Source: Eledone cirrhosa
Lineage: Eukaryota
Length of the DNA: 64,000 bases
Assembly (NCBI GenBank): GCA_964016885.1
Contig: OZ024740.1
Span: forward strand, 4,588,001 to 4,652,000
Reading direction: 5' to 3'
Shown: positions 24,001 through 36,062 of the stretch, one piece after another
Layout: each line of letters opens with the position of its first letter
Position numbering within the stretch: position 1 is the stretch's first letter
The notes under the pieces: model-generated
Databases searched by the model: none
The model's input: the letters and a program-made list of their open reading frames with translations, nothing else
What the model was told of the DNA's origin: nothing
Translations under genes and position numbers: made by a program

Positions 24001-27000
24001 TCACTAGAGTGAACAGAGCTGGTTGTGTGGGCTAGAAGGTTTCACTAGTAGGAACAGAGCTGGTTGTGTGGGTTAGAAGGTTTCACTAGAGGCAACAGAG
24101 CTGGTTGTGTGGGTTAGAAGGTATCACTAGAGGGACAGTGCTGGTTGTGTGGGTTAGAAGTGTTTCGCTAGAGGGAACAGAGCTGGTTTTGTCGGTTAGA
24201 AGATTTCACTAGAGGGACAGTGGTGGTCGTGTGGGTTAGAAGGTTTCACTAGAGGGAACAGAGCTGGTTGTGTGGGTTAGAAGGTTTCACTAGAGGGAAC
24301 AGAGCTGGTTGTGTGGGTTAGAAGGTTTCACTAGAGGGAGCAGTGCTGGTTGTGTGGGTTAGAAGGTTTCACTAGAGGCAACAGAGCTGGTTGTGTGGGT
24401 TAGAAGGTTTCACTAGAGGGAACAGAGCTGGTTGTGTGGGTTAGAAGGTTTAACTAGAGGGAGCAGTGCTGGTTGTGTGGGTTAGAAGGTTTCACTAGAG
24501 GGAACAGAGCTGGTTGTGTGGGTTAGAAGGTTTCACTAGAGGGAGCAGTGCTGGTTGTGTTGGTTAGAAGATTTCACTAGAGGGAGCAGTGCTGGTTGTG
24601 TGGGTTAGAAGGTTTCACTAGAGGGAACAGAGCTGGATGTGTCGGTTAGAAGATTTCACTAGAGGGAGCAGTGCTGGTTGTGTGGGCTAGAAGGTTTCAC
24701 TAGAGGGAGCAGAGCTTGTTGTGTGGGTTAGAAGGTTTCACTAGAGGGAACAGAGCTGGTTGTGTGGGTTAGAAGGTTTCACCAGAAGGAACAGACCTGC
24801 TTGTGTTGGTTAGAATGTTTCACTAGAGGGAACAGACCTGTTTGTGTGGGTTAGAACGTTTCACTAGAGGGAACAGAGCTGGTTGTGTGGGTTAGAAGGT
24901 TTCACTAGAGGGAACAGAGCTGGTTGTGTGGGCTAGAAGGTTTCACTAGTAGGAACAGAGCTGGTTGTGTGGGTTAGAAGGTTTCACTAGAGGCAACAGA
25001 GCTGGTTGTGTGGGTTAGAAGGTTTCACTAGAGGGAGCAGAGCTTGTTGTGTGGGTTAGAAGGTTTCACTAGAGGGAACAGAGCTGGTTGTGTGGGTTAG
25101 AAGGTTTCACCAGAAGGAACAGACCTGCTTGTGTTGGTTAGAAGATTTTACTAACTAGAGGGAACAGACCTGTTTGTGTGGGTTAGAACGTTTCACTAGA
25201 GGGAACAGAGCTGGTTGTGTGGGTTAGAAGGTTTCACTAGAGGGAACAGAGCTGGTTGTGTGGGCTAGAAGGTTTCACTAGTAGGAACAGAGCTGGTTGT
25301 GTGGGTTAGAAGGTTTCACTAGAGGCAACAGAGCTGGTTGTGTGGGTTAGAAGGTTTCACTAGAGGGACAGTGCTGGTTGTGTGGGTTAGAAGGTTTCAC
25401 TAGAGGGAACAGAGCTGGTTTTGTCGGCTAGAAGATTTCACTAGAGGGACAGTGGTGGTCGTGTGGGTTAGAAGGTTTCACTAGAGGGAACAGAGCTGGT
25501 TGTGTGGGTTAGAAGGTTTCACTAGAGGGAACAGAGCTGGTTGTGTGGGTTAGAAGGTTTCACTAGAGGGAGCAGTGCTGGTTGTGTGGGTTAGAAGGTT
25601 TCACTAGAGGGAACAGAGCTGGTTGTGTGGGTTAGAAGGTTTCACTAGAGGGAACAGAGCTGGTTGTGTGGGTTAGAAGGTTTAACTAGAGGGAGCAGTG
25701 CTGGTTGTGTGGGTTAGAAGGTTTCACTAGAGGGAACAGAGCTGGTTGTGTGGGTTAGAAGGTTTCACTAGAGGGAGCAGTGCTGGTTGTGTGGGTTAGA
25801 AGATTTCACTAGAGGGAGCAGTGCTGGTTGTGTGGGTTAGAAGGTTTCACTAGAGGGAACAGAGCTGGTTGTGTGGGTTAGAAGGTTTCACTAGAGGGAA
25901 CAAAGCTGGTTGTGTGGGTTAGAAGGTTTCACTAGAGGGAGCACTGCTGGTTGTGTGGGTTAGAAGGTTTCACTAGAGGGAACAGAGCTGGTTGTGTCGG
26001 TTAGAAGATTTCACTAGAGGGAGCAGTGCTGGTTGTGTGGGTTAGAAGGTTTCACTAGAGTGAACAGAGCTGGTTGTGTGGGTTAGAAGGTTTCACTAGA
26101 GGGAGCAGACCTGCTTGTGTTGGTTAGAAGGTTTCACTAGAGGGAACAGACCTGTTTGTGTGGGTTAGAACGTTTCGCTAGAGGGAACAGAGCTGGTTGT
26201 GTGGGTTAGAAGGTTTCACTAGAGGGAACAGACCTGGTTGTGTGGGTTAGAACGTTTCCCTAGAGGGAACAGACCCGGTTGAGTGGGTTAGAAGGTTTCA
26301 CTAGAGGGAACAGAGCTGGTTGTGTGGGTTAGAAGGTTTCACTAGAGGGAACAGAGCTGGTTGTGTGGGTTAGAAGGTTTCACTAGAGGGAGCAGTGCTG
26401 GTTGTGTGGGTTAGAAGGTTTCACTAGAGGCAACAGAGCTGGTTGTGTGGGTTAGAAGGTTTCACTAGAGGGAACAGAGCTGGTTGTGTGGGTTAGAAGG
26501 TTTAACTAGAGGGAGCAGTGCTGGTTGTGTGGGTTAGAAGGTTTCACTAGAGGGAACAGAGCTGGTTGTGTGGGTTAGAAGGTTTCACTAGAGGGAGCAG
26601 TGCTGGTTGTGTTGGTTAGAAGATTTCACTAGAGGGAGCAGTGCTGGTTGTGTGGGTTAGAAGGTTTCACTAGAGGGAACAGAGCTGGTTGTGTGGGTTA
26701 GAAGGTTTCACTAGAGGGAACAAAGCTGGTTGTGTGGGTTAGAAGGTTTCACTAGAGGGAGCAGTGCTGGTTGTGTGGGTTAGAAGGTTTCACTAGAGGG
26801 AACAGAGCTGGTTGTGTCGGTTAGAAGATTTCACTAGAGGGAGCAGTGCTGGTTGTGTGGGCTAGAAGGTTTCACTGGAGGGAGCAGAGCTTGTTGTGTG
26901 GGTTAGAAGGTTTCACTAGAGGGAACAGAGCTGGTTGTGTGGGTTAGAAGGTTTCACCAGAAGGAACAGACCTGCTTGTGTTGGTTAGAAGGTTTCACTA

Positions 27001-30000
27001 GAGGGAACAGACCTGTTTGTGTGGGTTAGAACGTTTCACTAGAGGGAACAGAGCTGGTTGTGTGGGTTAGAAGGTTTCACTAGAGGGAACAGAGCTGGTT
27101 GTGTGGGCTAGAAGGTTTCACTAGTAGGAACATAGCTGGTTGTGTGGGTTAGAAGGTTTCACTAGAGGCAACAGAGCTGGTTGTGTGGGTTAGAAGGTTT
27201 CACTAGAGGGAGCAGAGCTTGTTGTGTGGGTTAGAAGGTTTCACTAGAGGGAACAGAGCTGGTTGTGTGGGTTAGAAGGTTTCACCAGAAGGAACAGACC
27301 TGCTTGTGTTGGTGAGAAGGTTTTACTAACTAGAGGGAACAGACCTGTTTGTGTGGGTTAGAACGTTTCACTAGAGGGAACAGAGCTGGTTGTGTGGGTT
27401 AGAAGGTTTCACTAGAGGGAACAGAGCTGGTTGTGTGGGCTAGAAGGTTTCACTAGTAGGAACAGAGCTGGTTGTGTGGGTTAGAAGGTTTCACTAGAGG
27501 CAACAGAGCTGGTTGTGTGGGTTAGAAGGTTTCACTAGAGGGACAGTGCTGGTTGTGTGGGTTAGAAGGTTTCACTAGAGGGAACAGAGCTGGTTTTGTC
27601 GGTTAGAAGATTTCACTAGAGGGACAGTGGTGGTCGTGTGGGTTAGAAGGTTTCACTAGAGGGAACAGAGCTGGTTGTGTGGGTTAGAAGGTTTCACTAG
27701 AGGGAACAGAGCTGGTTGTGTGGGTTAGAAGGTTTCACTAGAGGGAGCAGTGCTGGTTGTGTGGGTTAGAAGGTTTCACTAGAGGGAACAGAGCTGGTTG
27801 TGTGGGTTAGAAGGTTTCACTAGAGGGAACAGAGCTGGTTGTGTGGGTTAGAAGGTTTAACTAGAGGGAGCAGTGCTGGTTGTGTGGGTTAGAAGGTTTC
27901 ACTAGAGGGAACAGAGCTGGTTGTGTGGGTTAGAAGGTTTCACTAGAGGGAGCAGTGCTGGTTGTGTGGGTTAGAAGATTTCACTAGAGGGAGCCGTGCT
28001 GGTTGTGTGGGTTAGAAGGTTTCACTAGAGGGAACAGAGCTGGTTGTGTGGGTTAGAAGGTTTCACTAGAGGGAACAAAGCTGGTTGTGTGGGTTAGAAG
28101 GTTTCACTAGAGGGAGCAGTGCTGGTTGTGTGGGTTAGAAGGTTTCACTAGAGGGAACAGAGCTGGTTGTGTCGGTTAGAAGATTTCACTAGAGGGAGCA
28201 GTGCTGGTTGTGTGGGTTAGAAGGTTTCACTAGAGGGAACAGAGCTGGTTGTGTGGGTTAGAAGGTTTCACTAGAGGGAGCAGACCTGCTTGTGTTGGTT
28301 AGAAGGTTTCACTAGAGGGAACAGACCTGTTTGTGTGGGTTAGAACGTTTCACTAGAGGGAACAGAGCTGGTTGTGTGGGTTAGAAGGTTTCACTAGAGG
28401 GAACAGACCTGGTTGTGTGGGTTAGAACGTTTCCCTAGAGGGAACAGACCCGGTTGAGTGGGTTAGAAGGTTTCACTAGAGGGAACAGAGCTGGTTGTGT
28501 GGGTTAGAAGGTTTCACTAGAGGGAACAGAGCTTGTTGTGTGGTTTAGAAGGTTTCACTAGAGGGAACAGAGCTTGTGTGGGTTAGAAGGTTTAACTAGA
28601 GGGAACAGAGCTTGTTGTGTGGGTTAGAAGGTTTCACTAGAGGGAGCAGACCTGTTTGTGTGGGTTAGAAGGTTCCACTAGAGGGAACAGAGCTGGTTGT
28701 GTGGGTTAGAAGGTTTCACTAGAGGCAACAGAGCTGGTTGTGTGGGTTAGAAGATTTCACTTGAGGGAGCAGAGGTGGTTGTGTGTTGTTAGAAGGTTTC
28801 ACTAGAGGGAACAGAGCTGGTTGTGTGGGTTAGAAGGGTTCACTAGAGGGAACAGAGTTGGTTGTATGGGTTAGAAGGTTTCACTAGAGGGAGCAGAGCT
28901 GGTTGTGTTGGTTCGAAGGTTTAACTAGAGGGAACAGACCTGTTTGTGTGGGTTAGAAGGTTTCACTAGAGGGAACAGAGCTGGTTGTGTGGGTTAGAAG
29001 GTTTCACTAGAGGGAACAGACCTGGGTGTGTGGGTTAGAACGTTTCACTAGAGGGAACAGACCCGGTTGAGTGGGTTAGAAGGTTTCACTAAAGGGAACA
29101 GAGCTGGTTGTGTGGGTTAGAAGGTTTCACTAGAGGGAACAGAGCTTGTTGTGTGGTTTAGAAGGTTTCACTAAAGGGAACAGAGCTTGTGTGGGTTAGA
29201 AGGTTTAACTAGAGGGAACAGAGCTTGTTGTGTGGGTTAGAAGGTTTCACTAGAGGGAGCAGAGCTTGTTGTGTGGGTTAGAAGGTTTCACTAGAGGGAG
29301 TAGAGCTGGTTGTGTGGGTTAGAAGGTTTCACTAGAGGGAACAGAGCTGGTTGTGTGGGTTAGAAGATTTCACCAGAGGGAACAGAGATGGTTGTGTGGG
29401 TTAGAAAGTTTCACTAGAGGGAGCCGAGGTTGTTGTGTGGGTTAGAAGGTTTCACCAGAGTGAACAGAGCTTGTTGTATTGGTTAGAAGGTTTCACTAGA
29501 GAGAACAGAGCTGGTTGTGTTGGTTAGAAGGTTTCACTAGAGGCAACAGAGCTGTTTGTGTGGGTTAGAAGGTTTCACTAGATGGAACAGAGCTGGTTGT
29601 GTGGGTTAGAATGTTTCACTAGAGGGTGCAGAACTTGTTGTGTGGGTTAGAAGGTTTCACTAGAGGCAACAGAGCTGGTTGTGTGGGTTAGAAGGTTTCA
29701 CTAGAGGGAGCAGAGCTGGTTGTGTGGGTTAGAAGGTTTCACTAGAGGGAACAGAGCTGGTTGTGTGGGTTAGAAGGCTTAACTAGACGGAACAGAGCTG
29801 GTTGTGTGGGTTAGAAGGTTTCACTAGAAGGAACAGAGCTTGTTGTGTGGGTTAGAAGGTTTCACTAGAGGGAACAGAGCTGGTTGTGTGGGCTAGAAGG
29901 TTTCACTAGTAGGAACAGAGCTGGTTGTGTGGGTTAGAAGGTTTCACTAGAGGCAACAGAGCTGGTTGTGTGGGTTAGAAGGTTTCACTAGAGGGACAGT

Positions 30001-30883
30001 GCTGGTTGTGTGGGTTAGAAGGTTTCACTAGAGGGAACAGAGCTGGTTTTGTCGGTTAGAAGATTTCACTAGAGGGACAGTGGTGGTCGTGTGGGTTAGA
30101 AGGTTTCACTAGAGGGAACAGAGCTGGTTGTGTGGGTTAGAAGGTTTCACTAGAGGGAACAGAGCTGGTTGTGTGGGTTAGAAGGTTTCACTAGAGGGAG
30201 CAGTGCTGGTTGTGTGGGTTAGAAGGTTTTACTAGAGGGAACAGAGCTGGTTGTGTGGGTTAGAAGGTTTCACTAGAGGGAACAGAGCTGGTTGTGTGGG
30301 TTAGAAGGTTTAACTAGAGGGAGCAGTGCTGGTTGTGTGGGTTAGAAGGTTTCACTAGAGGGAACAGAGCTGGTTGTGTGGGTTAGAAGGTTTCACTAGA
30401 GGGAGCAGTGCTGGTTGTGTGGGTTAGAAGATTTCACTAGAGGGAGCAGTGCTGGTTGTGTGGGTTAGAAGGTTTCACTAGAGGGAACAGAGCTGGTTGT
30501 GTGGGTTAGAATGTTTCACTAGAGGGAACAGAGCTGGTTGTGTGGGTTAGAAGGTTTCACTAGAGGGAGCAGTGCTGGTTGTGTGGGTTAGAAAGTTTCA
30601 CTAGAGGGAACAAAGCTGGTTGTGTGGGTAGAAGGTTTCACTAGAGGGAGCAGTGCTGGTTGTGTGGGTTAGAAGGTTTCACTAGAGGGAACAGAGCTGG
30701 TTGTGTCGGTTAGAAGATTTCACTAGAGGGAGCAGTGCTGGTTGTGTGGGTTAGAAGGTTTCACTAGAGGGAACAGAGCTGGTTGTGTGGGTTAGAAGGT
30801 TTCACTAGAGGGAGCAGACCTGCTTGTGTTGGTTAGAAGGTTTCACTAGAGGGAGCAGATCTGGTTGTGTGGGTTAGAATGTT
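1..30883. repeat. 41-bp tandem satellite array (~750 copies), consensus GTTAGAAGGTTTCACTAGAGGGAACAGAGCTGGTTGTGTGG, with higher-order structure; begins before the window
   Basis: Unit read directly (1-41, next unit starts at 42). It is continuous to the last partial unit ...GGGTTAGAATGTT at ~30883. No ORFs are reported in this region. Confidence 0.99.
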
Positions 30884-30904
30884 ATGGTATTATATTAGTG
30901 TCAA

Positions 30905-31091
30905 AGGGCAGTGAATTAGCAGTATTGGTAGAGGGTTGGACGCCATGCTATGATGCATAGAGTTACGCCCTTTCCATTCTGAGTTCAAATCCTGCTGAGA
31001 TTAACTTTGCGTTTCATCCTTATGGGGTCGATAAAATAAAGTACCAGTAATGTACTGGGTAATTGCTGGCCTTGTGCCAAAAGTAAAAATA
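30905..31091 (+). mobile_element. tRNA-derived SINE (Octopus-type, Nin/Deu-like central domain), diverged, with 16-bp TSD
   Basis: Perfect direct repeat ATTATATTAGTGTCAA at 30889-30904 and 31092-31107. Box-B-like GAGTTCAAATCC is followed by TTTCATCCTTATGGGGTCGATAAAATAAAGTACCAG, resembling the conserved SINE central domain, then an A-rich tail. Family assignment is from recalled consensus, not from a search. Confidence 0.85.
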
Positions 31092-31399
31092 ATTATATTA
31101 GTGTCAACCATGTCACCAATAACGTCACCAAAAACAACCATGATACTATATTAACTACTACCAAATATATTTTTCTTAAGCAATTGGTAAACATGGAAGA
31201 TAGCCATAAATAATGGAATAAAAAGATGAATCTAAGATAGATGATATGCTTCTAGTAAATCAAATAATATAAAAAGTAAGATACTACTATGTCTGAAGTA
31301 CAGAGTGTTTCGACCTGTGTGTCATACAAGTAATTACTTATGGTTGATGACTGAAAACATGGAACAGAAGCTCAGAACATATCAAAGAAATATGAAAAG

Positions 31400-32175
31400 A
31401 TTCATTGGTGAAAAAGGTAGTGCTTGAATTTGAACAGTGAATGCAACCAGCCCTGACAGTAAGGTATTCTGGAAATATGTACACTCAAAGCAGGGACCTC
31501 ACGCTCCAGTTGGTCCTCGTCACAATCTCCACACAAGCCAGATTACTGACGATCCCAAGGAATGCGCAGAACTCATTAGTGAATGCTATGCTGGCATTTT
31601 CACTGTTGAAGACCAGAGTGTACCATCTCCAACACCTCTGACATTGGATTCTATTACAACTATGGAATCTACACCTGCAATGCTGCGACGTCACCTTAAA
31701 AATAAACACAACCATGCCTCTCCTGGTCTTGATGTTGTTACGTACCTGCTTCTCAAACGTGGTGGGTACTTCCTTCTACACCAGCTTTCAATTTTGTCGG
31801 AACAACAGTGCTACTCCAGAACAGTGAAAAACTGCCAGTGTCATTCCTCTGTTCAAAAAGGGTGACCGCACATCACCTGTGAACTGTCGTCCAGTCAGTC
31901 TTATTAGCTGCATTGCCAAACTGATGGAATCCTGTGTCAGAGAAACACTCTAGAACTTCTGGAATTCTCACAGTCTTATCCGGCCCTAGCAATTTGGATT
32001 TATCCCTAACTCAAGATGCTGTGATCAACTTATCAAGTTTGTTGAAGACATCACCCGGATCACTGATGGCAGCTCATGGGTGGATGTTGTTTACCTTGAC
32101 TTTGCTAAAGCTTTCAATTCTGTGCCACACAAAAGACTTATGGCAAAACTCTCTGCAATGGGTGTGAAAGATGAT
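31400..32175 (+). pseudogene. Decayed CR1/Jockey-group non-LTR retrotransposon ORF2 fragment (pre-RT region and RT N-terminal motifs)
   Basis: Motifs across frames: KVFWKYVHSK, SPGLDVV, IPLFKKGDR, CRPVSLISCIAKLME, QFGF, VDVVYLDFAKAFNSVPHKRL. Interrupted by frameshifts and stops, and truncated before YADD. Confidence 0.85.
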
Positions 32176-32715
32176 CTTTCCTGAGACATTCTAACCATAT
32201 GCTCATAGTATTGGAGCTGTAATCTCTTAATTCGGAGAAGTAGCAGCTCTACCTGGAATGACTCTCTAACCTCTGAGCTATGCACTCTATCAAGTAACGT
32301 CACTCCAAAGACCCTTCGGAGGAATCCCATTTTGGCTGCTTGAATTCATGATTGTATTCTTTTGGTCATTACCTAAGATTCATGACCATAGGTAAGGGCT
32401 GGCATGAATACCCAATTGAAGATAGCGAGTTTGGCTTTATGCCTACCTCCCTTCTGATTACTGAATATTGAAGCTGGCACATTACTGCAGCAGCTCCTGC
32501 AATTCTTGCACTGAATTCAGCCTCCTGCCTTCCATCACTTGTGAACACAGCTCTGAGATACTTGAACTTCTTTATCTGCTTCAATGGAACTCCATTCACA
32601 TGTAGAGTGCTCTGCACTGGCTTCCTTGAGAGGACAAGTGTCTCAGTTTTCACAGCACTGATTTTCCTTCCAGCCATGCAGCACTTGGCATCAAATCTAT
32701 CAAGTGCAAATCAAA
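32172..32715 (-). pseudogene. Decayed RTE-clade (Expander/Rex3-like) LINE fragment, C-terminal RT/thumb region
   Basis: ORFs 32369-32677(-) KISAVKTETLVL...FKYLRAVFTSDG and 32091-32330(-) MGFLRRVFGVTLLDRVHSSEVR...QLQYYEHMVRM are typical post-RT RTE motifs, with a frameshift between them. Confidence 0.85.
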
Positions 32716-33305
32716 GATCACCTATTGGATATCAAATATCTAACTCTTTCATTAATTACCTAAAAATTAGAACATTACTAATAATTTCTTTGTTTTCTAG
32801 TTCTTAGTAAGTACTAGCAAAATAAAAACAAAGAAAAAGAAGTAATTTATTGCAAGAAGAGAAGAGAATATTGAAAAACCATTGATAAAGAATGGTAGCT
32901 GAATGTTGTATCATTGATGTTGTATCAGTGATGAGTAGTTTAGAGAAAGTTGGACATCATATTACTGAATTATGCAAATATTAACAACTAGCTGAACCAG
33001 TTAATAACAACAACAACAAAAAGAAAATCTATTTCTACATGAAATATTATTAAGCAAGGAATAATCATCGTTAGAATTAATGGTGTCATTACATCTAAGA
33101 AATGATTGTCGGCAGAGGAAGTTTTACCGAAAAAGTTGGCTGCGGAGAATAATTTTCACTTAAGTTGATTCTCATGTTTGTTTAAAAAAAAAAACAAAAG
33201 TAAAAAAACTCACCAGTGAATATAGAAAAATCAATATCTTTAAATTCAGTGAAATAAATCAAATATTAATGGATTTTCTTGTCCTCCACCTCCTACAATT
33301 GCCTC

Positions 33306-33421
33306 TAATAATAATAATAATGGTGATGATGTTGGTGATGATGATGTTGATGATGATCATCAAGATCATGATGATGGTTGTGGTGGTGGTTTTGATAATG
33401 ATGATGATGATGTTGATGATT
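33306..33421. repeat. (AAT)n/(GAT)n/(GGT)n compound trinucleotide microsatellite
   Basis: Direct reading; it explains the poly-Met ORF 33269-33460. Confidence 0.9.
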
Positions 33422-33812
33422 CCTTTATTAACCACAAGAAGTTTTGCAAAAGCACATTAAGGACTGTACAATAGGATGCAGCACTGTGGTTTTATGAAAA
33501 CATGTAAAAAATGGAAATAATAAGAACAAAATCAAAAATGGGTAACCATAAAAATACAATTCCACAGTATGGGGGAGACTTCCAAGATGTAGACATGGAA
33601 AGCCCCTCCCCCACAAAATGTCATGGTAATCTTGACCAACAAGACAGGAAGTGCCCTCTTCTCCCAGTTGTATTCTTCAGATCCAGAGTTATCTCTTGTT
33701 TAGAAAGTTGAACTGCTTTGTTATGATCACTTTAAAAGTTATCAAATAGGACACTCCCATTTCAGAAATACTAATAAAAACCATTGCTATCTTGCAAGTA
33801 AAAATATTTGTT

Positions 33813-33912
33813 AATCCTGTATACCTTCATAATTATGTACATATCTTCATAATCCTGTATGTACCTTTATAATCCTGTATGTACCTTTATAATCCTGTAT
33901 GTACCTTTATAA
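33813..33912. repeat. 20-bp minisatellite AATCCTGTATGTACCTTTAT (3 perfect plus ~2 degenerate copies)
   Basis: Perfect copies at 33851, 33871 and 33891. Confidence 0.9.
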
Positions 33913-33959
33913 ATTGTTCAAATAATGTTTAGATTGACTTTGTTGGGGACTTAATTGAC

Positions 33960-34143
33960 CTGACTAGTGCTGGTATCAATAATACATCATGTACAGTCTA
34001 GAAAGGGGTTGACATGAGGAAGGGCAACCAGATGTGGAAACCCTGCCCTAAATGGAAGGTATGGACAAAATGTAGCTTTACAACCCAAGTCAGGGACCAT
34101 GATGTCCTGTCAATTGGAAAACGGATATAAACACGATGAGGAT
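33960..34143 (+). mobile_element. Decayed 3' half of an Octopus-type SINE with an RTE-like tail
   Basis: Reads TAGTGCTGGT...GAGGAAGGGCAACCAGATGTGGAAACC...GGAAAACGGATATAAACACGATGAGGAT. The tail resembles the 3' end of the RTE in this window (GGGAAAAGCGGACGTATGATGAT, ~38657-38694). Family identity is from memory. Confidence 0.6.
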
Positions 34144-34516
34144 TTTATATATATAAATTAATTTTATTTATCTATCTATATATTTATTTATCCTTATAAA
34201 TTTCCTAAAGCCTCATTAATAAAATTTAAGAAAATTAGACTAATAAATGCCATTAATAAAATAAGAGAAACCATAAAAATGTATTCAATATTTTGTTTTT
34301 GAGAAGATTTTAAGAATGTAAAAAAAAAATAAGGAAAAAAAAACAATTCTATAACGAGAAAGACATTCTTGAAGATTTTCAACACACATACACACACAAA
34401 CTACATACACACATATGTATATATGTAGTTTGTGGGTGTCTGTGTATATATATATATTTATACATACATGATGATGACATACATATATAAATATATATCT
34501 ATCTATATATATATAT

Positions 34517-34929
34517 GTAGGAGGTGAGTTTTATTGTAGTACAATAAAGCAATGCAAATATCGGATAAGTAGAGACAATATATATTTTTCTCAGTTGTAA
34601 AGGCTATATCTCTCTCTCTATCACCCATCTCTCCTCCTCTCTCCTCCTTCCTTCTTATACTCCTCCCCAACCATTCTCTACTCTCATCTCCTCTTTCTCA
34701 CCCTTTCCAACCCCTCCAACCCCCTCACTTTTTCCCAATCTCATACATCAATCTTAAATTATTTTTCATATGTTGATTTAAAACTTCACTATTCACAAGT
34801 GTTTTTTAACCTTCATATCATGTATCCCTATTTTATCTGATGAAAACTCAGATATCATCTCATGATGATATTTGTTTTTGAAATGCGCATAATAAAATAC
34901 TTGGAACTCTTTTAACCATCTTTTGATCT

Positions 34930-34933
<4 letters not shown>
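34517..34933 (+). mobile_element. Element A (long copy): (TA)n-flanked non-coding hammerhead-bearing repeat, Penelope-like pLTR or retrozyme-like
   Basis: Starts GTAGGAGGTGAGTT after (TA)n and ends at (TA)n. An inverted homologous copy lies at 39368-39540. Contains a hammerhead. Confidence 0.65.
34829..34899 (+). ncRNA. Minimal type I hammerhead ribozyme (family A)
   Basis: Stem I TATTTTAT(34829-36)/ATAAAATA(34892-99); core CTGATGA 34837-43; stem II CAGATATCATC-TCAT-GATGATATTTG; GAAA 34880-83; palindromic stem III ATGCGCAT; predicted cleavage after A34891. Confidence 0.85.

Positions 34934-34934
<1 letters not shown>

Positions 34935-34999
<65 letters not shown>
34935..34999. repeat. (TA)n microsatellite
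   Basis: Direct reading. Confidence 0.95.
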
Positions 35000-35005
<6 letters not shown>

Positions 35006-35136
35006 GTGAGGTTTTTTTTACAAAATGAAAAATAACAGACGTGTCCTACACGAGTGAAAGTATAAAGAAAAAGAGATGAAATCGAAAATGCAACTGGAGT
35101 CTTATTTTTAAAAAAAATATATATATTTATTTGGTT

Positions 35137-35174
35137 CCTTTACCGGTTTCGCAGTTCTTCTGCTTTTCAAAAGG
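35137..35174 (-). ncRNA. Minimal hammerhead ribozyme (family B, U3:A8 core variant), left-arm copy
   Basis: Reverse complement of 36578-36615. Confidence 0.72.
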
Positions 35175-35732
35175 TGAGTTGAGATGGAGGGTCTGTGGTT
35201 TTTCTCACATCTGGTTGGTCTCTGAATGTTACTTGTTTTATATGGAAAAAGTGGCTCGAAATTCCAGGTTTTTCGAGAAGTAATTTGATTGGTTTGTCAA
35301 TAATTATAATAAATTTTGCGTCAGTTCGCGTTACAATAGTTCTTCAAATAAGAGAGGGGGGGGGGGGGGGTTGTCACAGGTTGTTTTTTCATATATGAGT
35401 GTTTGAATTTCTTTTTACTTGAAAAAAGGAGGCTCACGAAGGCTTTTTTTTGGTTGGTTATAAATGAAATTTGGCTGTCACATGAACAAGTTTTCATTAC
35501 ATTTTTGCGCCCTTATTTGGAAAACTATTCTGTAGTCTTTATAGTGAATGTTATGACAATGGAGAGATAGTGGTCAAGAGAAAAGGGATTGGGAGAAATG
35601 TTCTGGTTCAGTGAATATGGCCAGCTCGCCGGGGTGTCAGAGTTCAGATTTTCTATTGCACTGGCAATACAACAGCAAACACGAAAAACTAAGGAAAATA
35701 TGTTCATTCAAAAATATTCCTACTAAAGGAAT

Positions 35733-36062
35733 CACTTTCCTACACACACACATACACACACACACAATATATATATATATATATTCTCTTCATCTTAACA
35801 TGCTAACCATACTCCCACACACATAACACCCATACACACATAACAACCCCCACACCTACAACTCTCTCCCCATTTCTACTAATAGAACCACTTTCCTACA
35901 CACATATATATATATACACACACACAAAATATATATTCTCTCCATCTTAACATACTCGCACACACACACATAACACCCATATACACACACACACAACTCC
36001 CTCCCCCATCTCTACTAATAGAATCATCTTCCAATACACACATACACACACAAAAGCACACA
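35733..36062. repeat. CA-rich imperfect tandem duplication (~140-155-bp unit, ~2.3 copies) in the inverted-repeat spacer
   Basis: CACTTTCCTACACAC...CATCTTAACAT...CTACTAATAGAA recurs at ~35733 and ~35889, and partially at ~36025. Confidence 0.75.

Noticed and set aside
31295-31332. Possible decayed hammerhead on the minus strand (GAC-ACACA-GGTC-GAAAC)
   Set aside because: No recognisable CUGANGA box or stem I.
33214-33237. 24-nt minus-strand microexon (AAG|...CTG|GTGAGT)
   Set aside because: The donor is good but the acceptor is weak, and there are no other supporting exons. It cannot be supported without RNA data.
34524-34772. Intron loss explaining the short copy of element A (GAG|GTGAGT donor-like site)
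   Set aside because: The short copy retains GTGAGTT, so the breakpoint fits a GTT microhomology deletion rather than splicing.
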